A DNA stretch of 64,000 nucleotides from Vicugna vicugna. Its lineage: Eukaryota. The position numbers and the translations under genes were made by a program. The stretch covers positions 75,061-139,060 of the forward strand of contig MU058423.1 of the NCBI GenBank assembly GCA_013265495.1, given 5' to 3'. This document shows positions 37,956 through 50,000 of this stretch, one piece after another; positions within the stretch are counted from its first letter, which is position 1; every line of letters starts with the position of its first letter. The notes beneath the pieces are model-generated. The model had not been told where the DNA came from and did not search any database. It saw nothing but the letters and a program-made list of their open reading frames with translations.

Positions 37956-38842
37956 AATTTTAAAAATTACAGTTTTCAGAGTATAGGTAACCTCCTTGGT
38001 TAAGTTTATTTCTAGGTATTTTGTTGTTTTTGATGCACTGGAAATGTTTATACCAGTTATAAAATTCTGGTTTTTGAAGTGAAAAGAAAAAAATATGAAT
38101 TAAGGGCCACAAATGGCAAAACATCCTTCTTTCTTATGGGTAAGTTGTATTCCATTACATATATATATGCTGCATCTTCTTTATCCATTCATTTATCGAT
38201 GTGCACTTAGGATGCTTCCATGTCTTGGCAATTATAAAGAATATTGCTGTTAATAGCAGGTGTATGTATCTTTTTGAATGAATTATTATTTTGTGGTTGG
38301 CTTTATTCCTTTGATAACTATGTAAGTTTAAAAAGCTAAAGCTCTAAGCATTCTTAGAAACAATGACAGTCCATATATGCAGATTTTAAAAATGTGTGCA
38401 GTATATTGTGTGTATGTATTTACATGCAATATATTATATACGTGCAGTCAAATTTTAACAATTCTACCTAATAAAACTGAAAAATGAAAAAAAAGAAAAA
38501 AATGTCAGTGACTAGTGTCACATAATGTAAACATGGCCATTCTAAACAAACTATGAGCAAACCAAAGTCCTCATTACATTTAATATATATATAACTTTGT
38601 CTTATAAAATTCTGGGAAATTTTGCCTGCTTTGTATCCCTCACCATGACTTCTGTTAACAATACTCTGCTTTTGTTTTATACAAAAATCTTCTTCTTGTC
38701 ATGTGGACTTGTTTGAAGCTGTAGACCAGCACTCCCTACTATTTTGTCACAAGAGTGGGAAAATGAAGAAATCTGGCTTATCAAAAAAAAAAAATCCTGA
38801 TCACTTGGATACACCCAAGACCAGGTAAGTCAGACTGGGGTG

Positions 38843-39057
38843 GGACCAAAGTGTCAAAATTCTTTTTTTTTTAATTGAGGCATAGTTAACTTACATTATA
38901 TTAGTTTCAGGTGTAAAACACAGTGATTCAAAAATGTTTATGGATTATACTCCATGTATAGTTATTTTAAAACATTGCCTCTATTCCCTGTGCTGTACAA
39001 TACATCCTTGTAGCTTATTTATTTTATACACAGTAGTTTGTACCTTTTAATCCCCTG
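38843..39057 (-). mobile_element. Short LINE-1 3'UTR fragment
   Basis: Poly-T then ttaattgaggcatagttaac...tccctgtgctgtacaatacatccttg, similar to 6377-6600. Confidence 0.75.
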
Positions 39058-42000
39058 AGGCTAGAGTCATTTAGTAACAACCTTTGCCCCGGTCCTAGAA
39101 CCAGGTAAATTCTAAGCATTTTCCACTTTTTCAGATGCTAAGGATAAGCGCCAGCCAAGGGGGACTGGGGCCTGCAAGGCTAGTTTTCTTTCTGGAAGCT
39201 CTGGAGGGCTCCTGACCCCCTCCCACGGGGAAGGAGTCCCTCCTGCTTATCTCTCATCACTTGTCAACACCCACTCCTCGAAGCCTCACCTGTGTCCCTG
39301 CTACAGCCTTGGGTCAGACCCTCACCGCATCAGGATTCCTGAAACAGCCTCCTCAGGACAACCCCCCCCCAGCCTGGGGCCTCACCCCTCCCTTCCAATC
39401 CATCTTGAGCACTGCTGCTGCCAGGATATAACCACGACAAGGTTAAAACACACACATATATAATGAGCATGCGACAAAGATTAAGTCCTTAACCAAAACA
39501 CTAGCAAAATGGTAAATCTAGTTCAAAGAAAAAATTCAAGAAACTAAATATATGCAATGAAAAAAGCAAGGCCAGAAAGACTGCAAACTTTAAGATTCAA
39601 TAAAGCCAACTTCTGCTTTTCCACACTGGACGTTCCTCAGCCAGGATCTCATTCCCGGGTCTCTTCATCTGAGGCTCTGGCCAGGTCCCCCTCAGGTGCT
39701 CCTGCCCAGGCCTCCTTACAGGCAGGAGGGGAAAACCACTCTCCATGCCCAGGTCTTTCCACAACCTCCCCCCGAGAGTCCACCAAACTGCTGGAGCCCT
39801 TGGTTCCGCGCTCCCTCAACAGAGAGATGACCCCTCATCTGTGGACCCACCTGAGCCTCGGGAAAGTGGAAGCGGAGGGTGGGTCAGTGCTCCGTGGGTT
39901 CTAGCTTCTTGCTTTTACCGTCGCAGCAAGTGGTTACAGGCTTACCTCTTTGTTTTAGGGCTGGTTGCTTTAATTGGCTGCACTGACACCTCTCTCTCTG
40001 CTGGCTCAGCTGAGCTCCTGACAGGAGTGTATTTTTCCACCAGACAAGGGCTTATCTGCATCTCCGCCAGGCAAAAATGTACAAGTGAACACAGAACATC
40101 CCAGAGCCTGGGTCCTAGACAAGAGTAAATAGACGGACAGCAAAGGTTTATTCTCCTGGATTCTAGAACCTAGAGAATTAACACAACCATGGTGGGTCCA
40201 TTAGACAAGACTCTGTCCAAGTAGGACTTTGAAAGGAGACATAACCATCCTTTGCCCTATTTCTAAATTCTAGATAATTTTGTGTAACACTGCCCAAAGG
40301 AGGTGCTATTGCAACCTTGTTGCTTAACTGCTGGCTTACCCCCAGGACTGCACAGGGTGGTAGCCAAACTCACTATTGCTATAGCTTCCGCCCTCTCTCC
40401 TCCAGTCCTGGGCCACCTCCTTGTGCAGCTCTATGCCAAAGGCACCAGCTTCCCCTGCAGGTCACCTGGCCCACCAAGACTTGAGGTGATAAGGGGGCAA
40501 CACGGGTTCTAGTTTGCCCTTATGGGGTTGGTTGACCCTGTCCTCTTGGACTCCAGTTTTTCTCCCCAGTTTTACGGCCCCGGCACGTCTCCAGCAATTC
40601 CAGGTCCACACCACATACAGGGGCCACGGTGTTCCACAGAATTCTTCACCAGTTCCCACAATTACGTAAGGTCAAATTCCTTATAGTAAATGGCTTATTT
40701 CATATCATTTGGAGTGATTCTGTTCTCTGCACAACCCTGACTGAAACACTCCCCCACTTTTTTTTCCAATGGCCCCTTTTTGGGTTCTTACGTCTCTTCA
40801 TGGCTAAAGGGCAGTGGTTATTGAGAGAATAAACCTTGATGTTAAATTCCAGCTCAGATCCTTCCCAGCTCCACCTCCGCAGGCAAGTTATTTAACTTCT
40901 CTAAGCCTCAGTTTCTACATCTGTAAAATGGAAATGATGGCAAGACTCCCTTAGAAGGTTGTTATGAGGATTAAAGTCATGGCAGTAAAATCCTTAGCAT
41001 AGTCCCTGACCTAGTGTAAACAATAAATATTCGCTCTGATCATTGCCTCTATCATGAATAGCACTTGTCACTTTGACTTGATTTTCTGAACCACCATCAT
41101 CACACACACCAGATTGTGAGCTTCCTGAGACATCGATCAAAGAGACAGCCCTTTTGACTGGAGGGCTGGGGAAGCTTCCTTGAAGAGGTGGCATGTCAGC
41201 TGGGCCCTGAATTGTTGGGTTGGAATGGGTAGATAGAGGAAGGATGGCGTCTCTCCTGGAAAGGAAAATCCAGAAATAGACAGGTAAGACCAGCATTAGA
41301 ACCAACTAGCCTTTGAAACTGTACAAATTATCTTAATTGAGCGACAGTATGTTAACTGATTATGCATCCGGCCCTGGGCTGGGCTAGGAAAACAGAATGC
41401 CGAATAAGAAACTTTCTGTCTATTGGGGGCAATGAAAGGAAATCAGTGCTTACAACACAGTGTGTTAAGAACCCAAAGGTCCAGGACTCAAAAGCGAATC
41501 AAGGGCAGAGTGTTTCCCAAGCCCAGTCTGATGAGGGCAGACAGCAAAGGACATCCCTGTGGGCCTGCGGGCTGCCTTGCAGAGATGAATGAAAAGGCAT
41601 CTATGTTCTGCCTCCACTGTCAGACCCTCCACCCCTCAACCCTCCACTCCTTCTCTTCCTTTTGGGTGAACATGGGTTAGTACTGAGTAGGAAGAGAATG
41701 TCCCTATTCCCTGAGCCCAAGTCTCCAGGAATTAAGGTCCTGATTAGAGAAGAGGCAGAGGCTAGGGGAACATATCTAAAATTATTGAAAATAAAATGGT
41801 ATTCGCTTCTTAAAGAAATGTATCAAGAGGAAACACAGGAAAATGTGTTCCACCTGGAATCCATGAGGCAAGGACTTCGGGTACCTGAAGATTCCATCTC
41901 TGGCATGCAGCCAAAGACACGGAATGCAGTAGCACTCAAATATGTGCTGGGCGTGTGAAATAATGAGGGAATGAAGACTCAAGAGCTGGATCTTCCCGGG

Positions 42001-44599
42001 GTGGGGACTGGCACATGAGCTGCCCTGCTCGGTGCTCTCAGATGCAGTCAGCTGAAGACTGGTGTCCTTTAAACACTTGAAGCATCAAACAACTCCTCTG
42101 GGTCTACTTTTCTCCACACCTACACCGTGAGCCTCACCTCCCGCACCCACAGTTCTATTGGCCAAAAGGGAGTGAGAATGCTCAGCCTGAAGGAAGGACA
42201 TTCCAGTCCAGATGACTGATATCCGCCTGCAAGAACTCACCGCTAGGTGACCTGGTGTGCAGCCTCAGGTGACTGAATGATCAGATGTCCTGGGTCTCAG
42301 GCTCCATTCAACCCTGGGGCACTGATAAGAACAAAGCATCACAAATTCACCAAGGTGGTGCCACCACGTCAGCCTCCTGACCCTGGTGACACCTCCACCT
42401 CCCCATCCCCCTCTCGTGATTTTGCAGTCATCACTGAAATGTTTCTCCAAACACTGCTGATCGGCTTCAACCCTGGCAGGTGGCACCAAGACAGCCTGGG
42501 CTCTCTCAGCAGCCTCCCTGCCCCACACCTCCCCTCTGGGTCAGCCCTGGCCTCGGGGTCAGTCCCCAGGAAGCTGAGCTACTCTGCTTCTCAGGAAGGA
42601 ACAGACACCTTGGGAGTCTGCTCAGGACCTGCCACGGGAGTCAGCCCCGCCCACTGCCTGAAAGCCTCCGCCCACACCCGGCAACACCAACACATACTCA
42701 CCCAGGCAAGATGGGCAGTGGGCTCTGGGCTCAGGAAGACCTGGCCCCACCACGCACTGGCTGTGTGGCTCTGGGAAGATCACTTTGCTTCTCTGTGCCT
42801 CAGTTTCCTCATCTGTAAAGTAAGATAAGAATGGTCGTTATCAGCCAGAGTTCAGTGCTGGAAATAGGAACCAGTTGAGGTATTTTGAGCAGAAAGTGAT
42901 TTGATACAGGGGATTATGGCTGGATGGCTGGATCGGGGAGGGGAGGAGGAAGGGCTGAGTCTCCAGAGGATCTGCTCCCTTGGCCTGGGCAGGAGAGGAA
43001 GGTGGGCAACTGGAGGTTGCCACTGGCACTTCTGGGTTCAGGACACACTGACATGGCTGTGATCCAGGGAGCAGGCAGGGCCTCTGCTGCTGCTGCGGGG
43101 GGTGGGGACCGCACACCGGACACCACTGCAGGAAAAGATGCACGTCTGTATGACCCTGCTGGCCAAAAGGGAGCAGCCAAAGCAGCAGGAAGGCGGCCTC
43201 TGGCTCCCTTCCACCTTCCAAACCCCATGTGAGGGTCTTCGTGTTGGATCACAATATGAACCCTCTATTCCCAAAGGAGTTGGTCTGGGAGGTGAGGCTT
43301 TAGCTTCCTGCCTCCCAAGGGCAGCAGACAGGTGGGAACAGATCCTGGGTGCTACTCAGCCACCGGAGGATTAACTGCACTTATGACTAGAGGGACCCTC
43401 CCCAGTCTGGCACACAGCACATGCCGAATAAAGATGGGCTCCACCCAACACTGGTTATGGCTGCACGCCTGCCACGTGCCAGCACTGGGCCAGGTCCCGG
43501 GAGACCTGAAGAAGTGAGCCGGCTCCCGGGGGAGCAAAAACTGGGATCGCAAAGGCAAGCGGCAATGTTGTAAAAGCCTGGGGAGCACAGGGAGCTGGGA
43601 GAGCGGGGGGGGGGCACAGCCAGTCCTGGGGGAAATGGTGGGGGAGGGGCACATCTGGAGGCTGGAGACAACTTGTAACTCTGGGCACTCAGCCCAGGGT
43701 GGTGCCCACCCACAGACTCCCTGCTCCTGGACAGAGTTCACAGAAAGCCCCTTCCCTCCCATCAACTGTATGGCCAGTCTGTGATTCAGTTCTCCAGTAT
43801 TTATAAGCATTACGACGTACCAGAAACCGGGGGGCTTCTCCAGTCATACCTACGGGAGACAGGTTTTGCTGTATGGCTGCAGACAGTCTAGAGCTGGGAC
43901 AGAAGGTGAGGAGGGAGGGGGAGAAGGGAAAAGTGGATAACAATTTCTCTGCACCCTGACCCTCTCTCCTCCCACGAGCAGGAAAGGTCAGCCAGTCATG
44001 GCCCCCATCATGCACCGCTGAGAGAGACTCCCCAGGTGCCTGGCCTGCACTCCCACCCAGGCTGCCACCCCCAACCCATGCACACAAACCACACTGCACA
44101 ATCACAACACACACACCCCTCCCCCACGCCCAGGCAGCCCTGACACACACAAGCAGGAATTCCTCCGGGCCTGAAAGCCGGCTGTTTCCAGTTGCCTTCT
44201 TCAAGGCTGACCACACAAGAAACCTGGAGAAGGGGGCCAGTCCGTGGGCGGACAGGATACTCTCCCCGCCCTTCCCTCCCCTTCCTCCCCAAGAAGGCCT
44301 CCTGCCTGGCTTCCCTCCTTTCCAGCCACCCCCAGGCTGTCTGTGGCGGATGTGGCAGTATGGGGCGCCCTCGTGTGGCCGAGAGCGGCCCTGCAGCCCC
44401 GCCGCCAGGCTCCGAGGCCACCCTCCTCCCAGAGCCGTGGGCCCCGCGGTCCCAGGATGTCCTGGCTGTGCCACTGCCCACGCCCACTACTCCAACTGGC
44501 CTGCCTCCAAGCTACATTCCCTCCTTCTTTCACCTCTGAATATTTTCTCACTTGTATTTTAAAATTCAATATTCTATATATATCAAAGATTATGCATTA

Positions 44600-45055
44600 A
44601 TTATCGAACCCTTTGTAAGCTTTCGTAATGTAGCAGCTTAAAGTGGCAAACATTTATTCACTCACACAGTTTCCACGGTCAGAGATCCAAGAGCAGCTTA
44701 GCTGGGTGCCTCAGGCTCAGGGTCTCTCCTGCACTTGCCGTCAAGATGCTGGCTAAGACTGCAGTCATCTGAAAGCTGAGGGGCTACCCTTCCAAGCTCT
44801 CTCACACTGTCACCCGCAAGAGTCCTAAGTTCCTTGCCTTCGGGCCTCCTAATAAAGCTGTTAGGACCTGTCAACTGGCTTCCCCCAGAGCAACTGCTCC
44901 CAGGGAAAGAGAGCAAGAGAAACCAAACTATGAAAACCTAACCTCAGAAGTGACACGCCTTCTGTATTCTATCAATCACACAGGCCAACCCTGGGACAAA
45001 GGAGGAGGGGATTTTAATTCCAGGAGGTAGGGATCATCAGGGTCCTTCTCAGAGG
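44600..45055. mobile_element. MaLR (MLT1-like) LTR
   Basis: Characteristic text (gcagcttaaa...acatttatt...cacagtttc...gagcagcttagctgggtg...ggctcagggtctctc). Family by recall only. Confidence 0.6.
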
Positions 45056-45079
45056 CTAGCAATCAGAAAACATAATTTT

Positions 45080-45199
45080 GGGGGGGCAGGTGGTTAGGTT
45101 TATTTACTTATTTATTTTTAATGGAGGTACCGGGCATTGAACCCAGGACCTCATGCATGCTAAGCACATGCTCTATCACTGAGCTATACCCTCCCCGCT
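45080..45199 (-). mobile_element. tRNA-derived SINE, camelid Vic-1-like
   Basis: Reverse complement of the 7568 element type. TSD AAAACATAATTTT at 45067-45079 and 45200-45212. Confidence 0.85.
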
Positions 45200-45946
45200 A
45201 AAACATAATTTTTTAAATGTTAGTTATAAAACAAAATATGATCAACACCCATGAACCCACCACTCACAGGAGAGCTGGAACATGGTATGTCCCCTTTCAT
45301 CTTCCCTCTGCTCCCTGTGTAAGAGGGAATCCCCATCTTGAATATTTTGTGTTTATCATTCCTTTGCTTTTCAAAAAGTTTGGCTACATGGGTAGGTATG
45401 TCTAATATGTTTTTGTCATTTGCTTTTTGGATCTTTGTAGAAATGATTGGCTTTAGGCAGTCATGTAGTGCTCCCTCCCCCGAGCTCCAGGCTGCTGCAA
45501 AGATCTTCCCTTCTTGTTTGTTCCCCGACTCTGGAGGGGTAGGTGCTTCCTGGCATTCTTACTTCTGGGTTCCCTCAGCGTTCTTTATGCATTCTCCTGC
45601 CGATGGACTTTCGGTTTGTTTCCACTCCTATTCAAATAATGAGGCTAAATTTTTTGGGTACATGTCCATGAGTTCACATGTGCAAGTTTCTCCAGGATGC
45701 TAGGTCCTGGGATATGCAAACCTATTTTACAAGATAACATCAAATTATTTTCCAAAGTGGTACACCAATTTACACTCTCACCTGCAATGTATACAGAATC
45801 ATGTTGATGCACATCCTCTCCCTGAGGTCTGTGAGGGGAGAGGGGAGGTGGAGCAGGGGCCTGGGAGAAGAGGGAGATTGAGGGCCACAGAGCCTCGCAG
45901 TGGGAGGACCCACAAGCCCAGTTCAGCCAGAGGAGCTTTCAGGCCC

Positions 45947-47003
45947 TGTGACATTGTCCCTGTTTCTGGCACAGAGCTCCTAAAACCCTTGGAATTTTCA
46001 AAGTGAGGAGATCAAGCAAAGGTGTCTTTTGAGGGGAGAGGGATAAATTAGAAGTTTGGGATTAACAGATACACAGTACTATACACAAAATAGATAAACA
46101 ACAAGGACCTACTGTATAGCACAGGGAACTATAGTCAATACCTTGTAATAATCTATAATGGAAAAGAATCTGAAAAAGAATATATATATATAACTGAACC
46201 ACTTTGCTGTACACCTGAAACATTGTAAATCAACTATACTTCAATTTTTTTAAAAAGATGTCTTTTATGTTAATGAAATGACCTCTGAAAAGCACCTAAG
46301 TATGGGGGCTGGTTACCAGAGGAGCCAACCATGTGAACAGAGGATTGAAACTTTCAGTCCCATCCACCGACCTTCGGGGAGGGGAGAGGAGCTGGAGGTT
46401 GACTCAGTTACCAACTGCCAATGATTTGATCAATCATGAATATGTAATGAAGCCTCCATAAAATTCAAAAGGACAGGGTTTATGAGCTTCCTGGCTGGTG
46501 AACACATGGCGATCTGGGGAGAGTGATGCTCTGAGAGGGCCTGGAAGCTGCACGCCCTTTCCCCACACCTCGCCCTGGGCATCTCTCCCATCTGGCTGTA
46601 CCTTTCCTTAGTTATATCCTTTCATAATAAACCGGTAATCTAGTGAGCAAAATGTTTCTTTCTCTGAGTTCTGTGAGCCACTTTAGCAAATTAATCAAAC
46701 CTGAGGAGGTCTTTGGAACCTCCAATCTATAGGCAGTTGTCAGAAGTCTAGGTGACAACCTGGACTTGCAATTGGCATCTAAGTAGAGGGGAGTGGGGTG
46801 GGGGTGGGGTGGGGGTGGGCAGGGGCCATCTTGTAGGACTGAACATTTAACCTGTCGAATCTGATACTATCTCCAGGTAGTTAGTGTCAGAATTAAGTTG
46901 TAAGACACCCACACAGTCTCAGAGAATTGCCTGTTAGCTTGGGGAAACCCCCACCCCACCCCAACATACACACAATACCTCCACACATTGGAACTGGGTC
47001 CAG
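45947..47003 (+). mobile_element. MER21-like ERVL LTR with nested L1 3' fragment
   Basis: GTTTCTGGCACAGAGCTCCTAAAACCCTTGGAATTT... and homology to 31985-33500. Ends approximate. Confidence 0.7.
46031..46253 (+). mobile_element. Short LINE-1 3'UTR insertion
   Basis: TSD AAAG(G/A)TGTCTTTT at 46018-46030 and 46254-46266. Sequence similar to 53860-54065. Confidence 0.85.
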
Positions 47004-50000
47004 GGACCAATTTAGGTCCCCAGGAAGCACCCGGCTGGCCCCTCTTTAAAAAGGCTCACTTAGAGGGGTTTCCCTTCGCACTCAGCTGCTCTCTTGGTCT
47101 AGGGAAAGCCATTTATGCCCTCCTTGTAAGGATTTGGTGGTGTAAGGACTTCATGAGAGTCTTAGCACAGCTTCCACTGCACAGCAGATGCTCACGATAG
47201 CACTTTTCTTTCTTCCCCCTGCCCCTCCCCTGCTGCAGCCACTTGTTTTAGAAAATAGAAGTCAATGAAGAAACACACTCCCAAGCAAATCACAGTGCTC
47301 TGAACTCCAGCACCACTAACAGAGCGTTGATTAATTGATTACCCACAGAAAGGGAAAGTTAATTACCTACCACGGAAATTTTAAAAAGAAAAAAGGAAAA
47401 ATGAGTTTAAATTTTAATTAGGGGCCCTGCATGGTGGGACTGGGAATGAGCTGGTTTCTCTTGGATCTAATTGTTGGCAATTAAAGCAAGGGCCTCTGAT
47501 CCCTGGGGCAGCCTCCTGCTTCCGCTACCTCCCCCCAGACCTCCAGCTGCACCTCCTCTCAGAGGAGGCAGAGAAGAGGATGGTGGAGGGGCGGACCTCT
47601 CCCTCCAGGACTCTGGCCATGGCCCTCAGGGAGCTGCTCAAGAACAGGAACTAGAAACACCGGCCAGGGTCCACTGCCCCAAATCCCATCTTGCCTGGCT
47701 CACTGCTGCCTCAAATGTCTACACAAGAATGGTGGTAGATGATGTGATGTGCAGTGGCCCAGATCCCCCTCCAGGAACACAGGACACCCCCCAGCCACTG
47801 AGATTGCTGCCGGCAGACAGCCTCAGCTGTGGCCCTTCTGGATTGCCTAGGTCACCCTGCCCTCCCAGGCCAACCCGCACCAGTGACAGTCTGTGCCCAG
47901 CACTCACACCTCGATTTGGGTCACGTCTGAAGGTCGTGTCAGCACCCGTGCTCCCGGGAGGGCTGGCTGGGCAGCTGTTCAGACTGAGTGCAGCTCACCT
48001 CCCGCTGGCCAGCCTTGCTGTCAAACGCTCTTCCACAGGTGGTAATCCCAGGAGAACTCCCCAATGAACGTCCACATGCTTGTCTCCCTCTCAGAGCTTG
48101 CTTCTAAGGCATCCCAGCTCGTGACTGAGATTTAAATTAAGCAGCGTTAAAAATTTACATCTGATAGAATCATGAGCTAAAGAAACCTCAGGAGGCATCC
48201 AGCCCAGTATCCCTCCTAATACAGTGATATGTTTAGCATCTGACCCAGCAAAAGGGGCCTGGGCTGGAGCCCTGACCGTGATGGGGACTTGTTGCCTCAC
48301 AGAGCAGCCCTTTTGGTGCCTGGACGGCTAGAAGACTCTTCTCATACTGGTCACTTCCTGCCAGGCAGAGCCACAGAGCAAAGGTCTGCCAGGCAGGTGG
48401 CAGGATAGTGCCAGGCCGTGAGGAATACAGGATGGGGCAGACCCTGTCCCAGCCCCTCGCAGTCCTGAGAACACACACCTGTCCTGCATGCAAAGTGCTG
48501 CACTGCTCCCTGGGTGATGGAGGCAAGCACCTGCTGGCCTGGACACCAGCTGGCTCATGCCGGGCATTTCCAGGTGCTTTTGATAAGTCTAGGCCCCACC
48601 TGGGGTTCCTTCAAAGGAACCTGATGTGGGCCCCCCTTTCAGCAGCACAAGTCCCCAAGCTGAGGACCAATCATGCTGAGATTGTTTCACCCCCTGTGTG
48701 GCCAGAAAGGCCACCGTTCTGCTAAAGAATTGGCCAATGCCCGGGATTTCCCGGAGGATGCCCCTGGACCTGGCTCTAGGACTGTAGGACCTGTTGTTGT
48801 TCTGGCCCCAGGTGCAGCCAGATGGCACTGCCCCTTCGTGCCAGCACCTGCCTTGGCCTACAGGGCCAGCGCACCCAGCACACACCCACGTGACTGCACA
48901 GGTGCAGAGCGGTCCAGACACCGCTCCCGGACCCTAGCCCGAGGCCGTTACTGAGGCCACAGTCACAGTCTAGTGGAGACACTGCCCACTCCTTCCTCCA
49001 GGGCTCCAAGCAACACTTGCTCATTCAACAAGTATTTACTGAGTTCCTACTACGTGCAGGCTCTGTGCAGGAGATACAGCCGTGAGGACCACAACAGACA
49101 CTTTCCTGTCCCGCCTGGAGGTGACAGACTAACAATGGAGACAGGGATAAATGTAAATTCACACACCCAGGAGTGTCCCCAAAGCAGCAGGACAGGATGG
49201 GGAGAGGGATGGACAGGCCCCCCTGCCCTGCTCTGAGAGGCAGAGAAAGTGGCCTTGGCACTGAGCTTGGAAGGAAGGGTCAGAGTCCACCAGACAGAGA
49301 AGACGGTGGGATGGGCCCCTGGGAAGTTTGCAAAGCAGGAGGGAGACATCCTTGAGCTCCCGGGGCCCACTTCCCTCCACGCCTGGCACAGGGTCTGGGT
49401 GGTGGGTGAGGGCTGGCCTGGCTGTCTCTAGGACGGAGCCCTGAGCAGGAACTCCAGTCTTGGGGACCGGGCCCAGCTGGACCAGAACCTGTGTGACTCG
49501 GCTTCCCTGAGGGTCAAATGGAGTTTCCGACTCAAGCTTCTGCAGCCCTGGCAGATGGACGCCCCTCCTCTCGACTTGCAGGTGAGCACACGGAGGCCCA
49601 GGGGAGCTGCTCCAGGAGAGCAGAGGGCAGAGCTGAGGACAGAGCTCAGGACTCCTCTCCTGGCCTCTCAGCTGCGTGGGGTGCAGGGTCCCCGGAAGTT
49701 TCACCGGCTTCCCGGGGCGGTAGGGAACTGAGAGTGAGAGAATGACGTGGCATCTGGGAGAGCAGGACTCACCTCACGTGGTGTGGGCTCTGCTCTCTTC
49801 TGGGAGGGGAGCAACGGGCTGTGGTGGGAGAGAGAGGGGCTGGGGCAAACAGGAGGCTGCGTTGGCTGAGAAGAAACCCCTTTGCGGAGAAATCAAGAAG
49901 GGTGCAGATTTACACTGCATCAGGAGAGAGTCAGGCCAGGCCCCAGAAAGAACATCCAGGCGTAAGGTGGTGAGGACGGAAGGGCACGGAGGCCTCCGCC

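Noticed and set aside
46787..46826. G-quadruplex-forming G runs
   Set aside because: Simple-repeat expansion inside an old LTR with no functional context.
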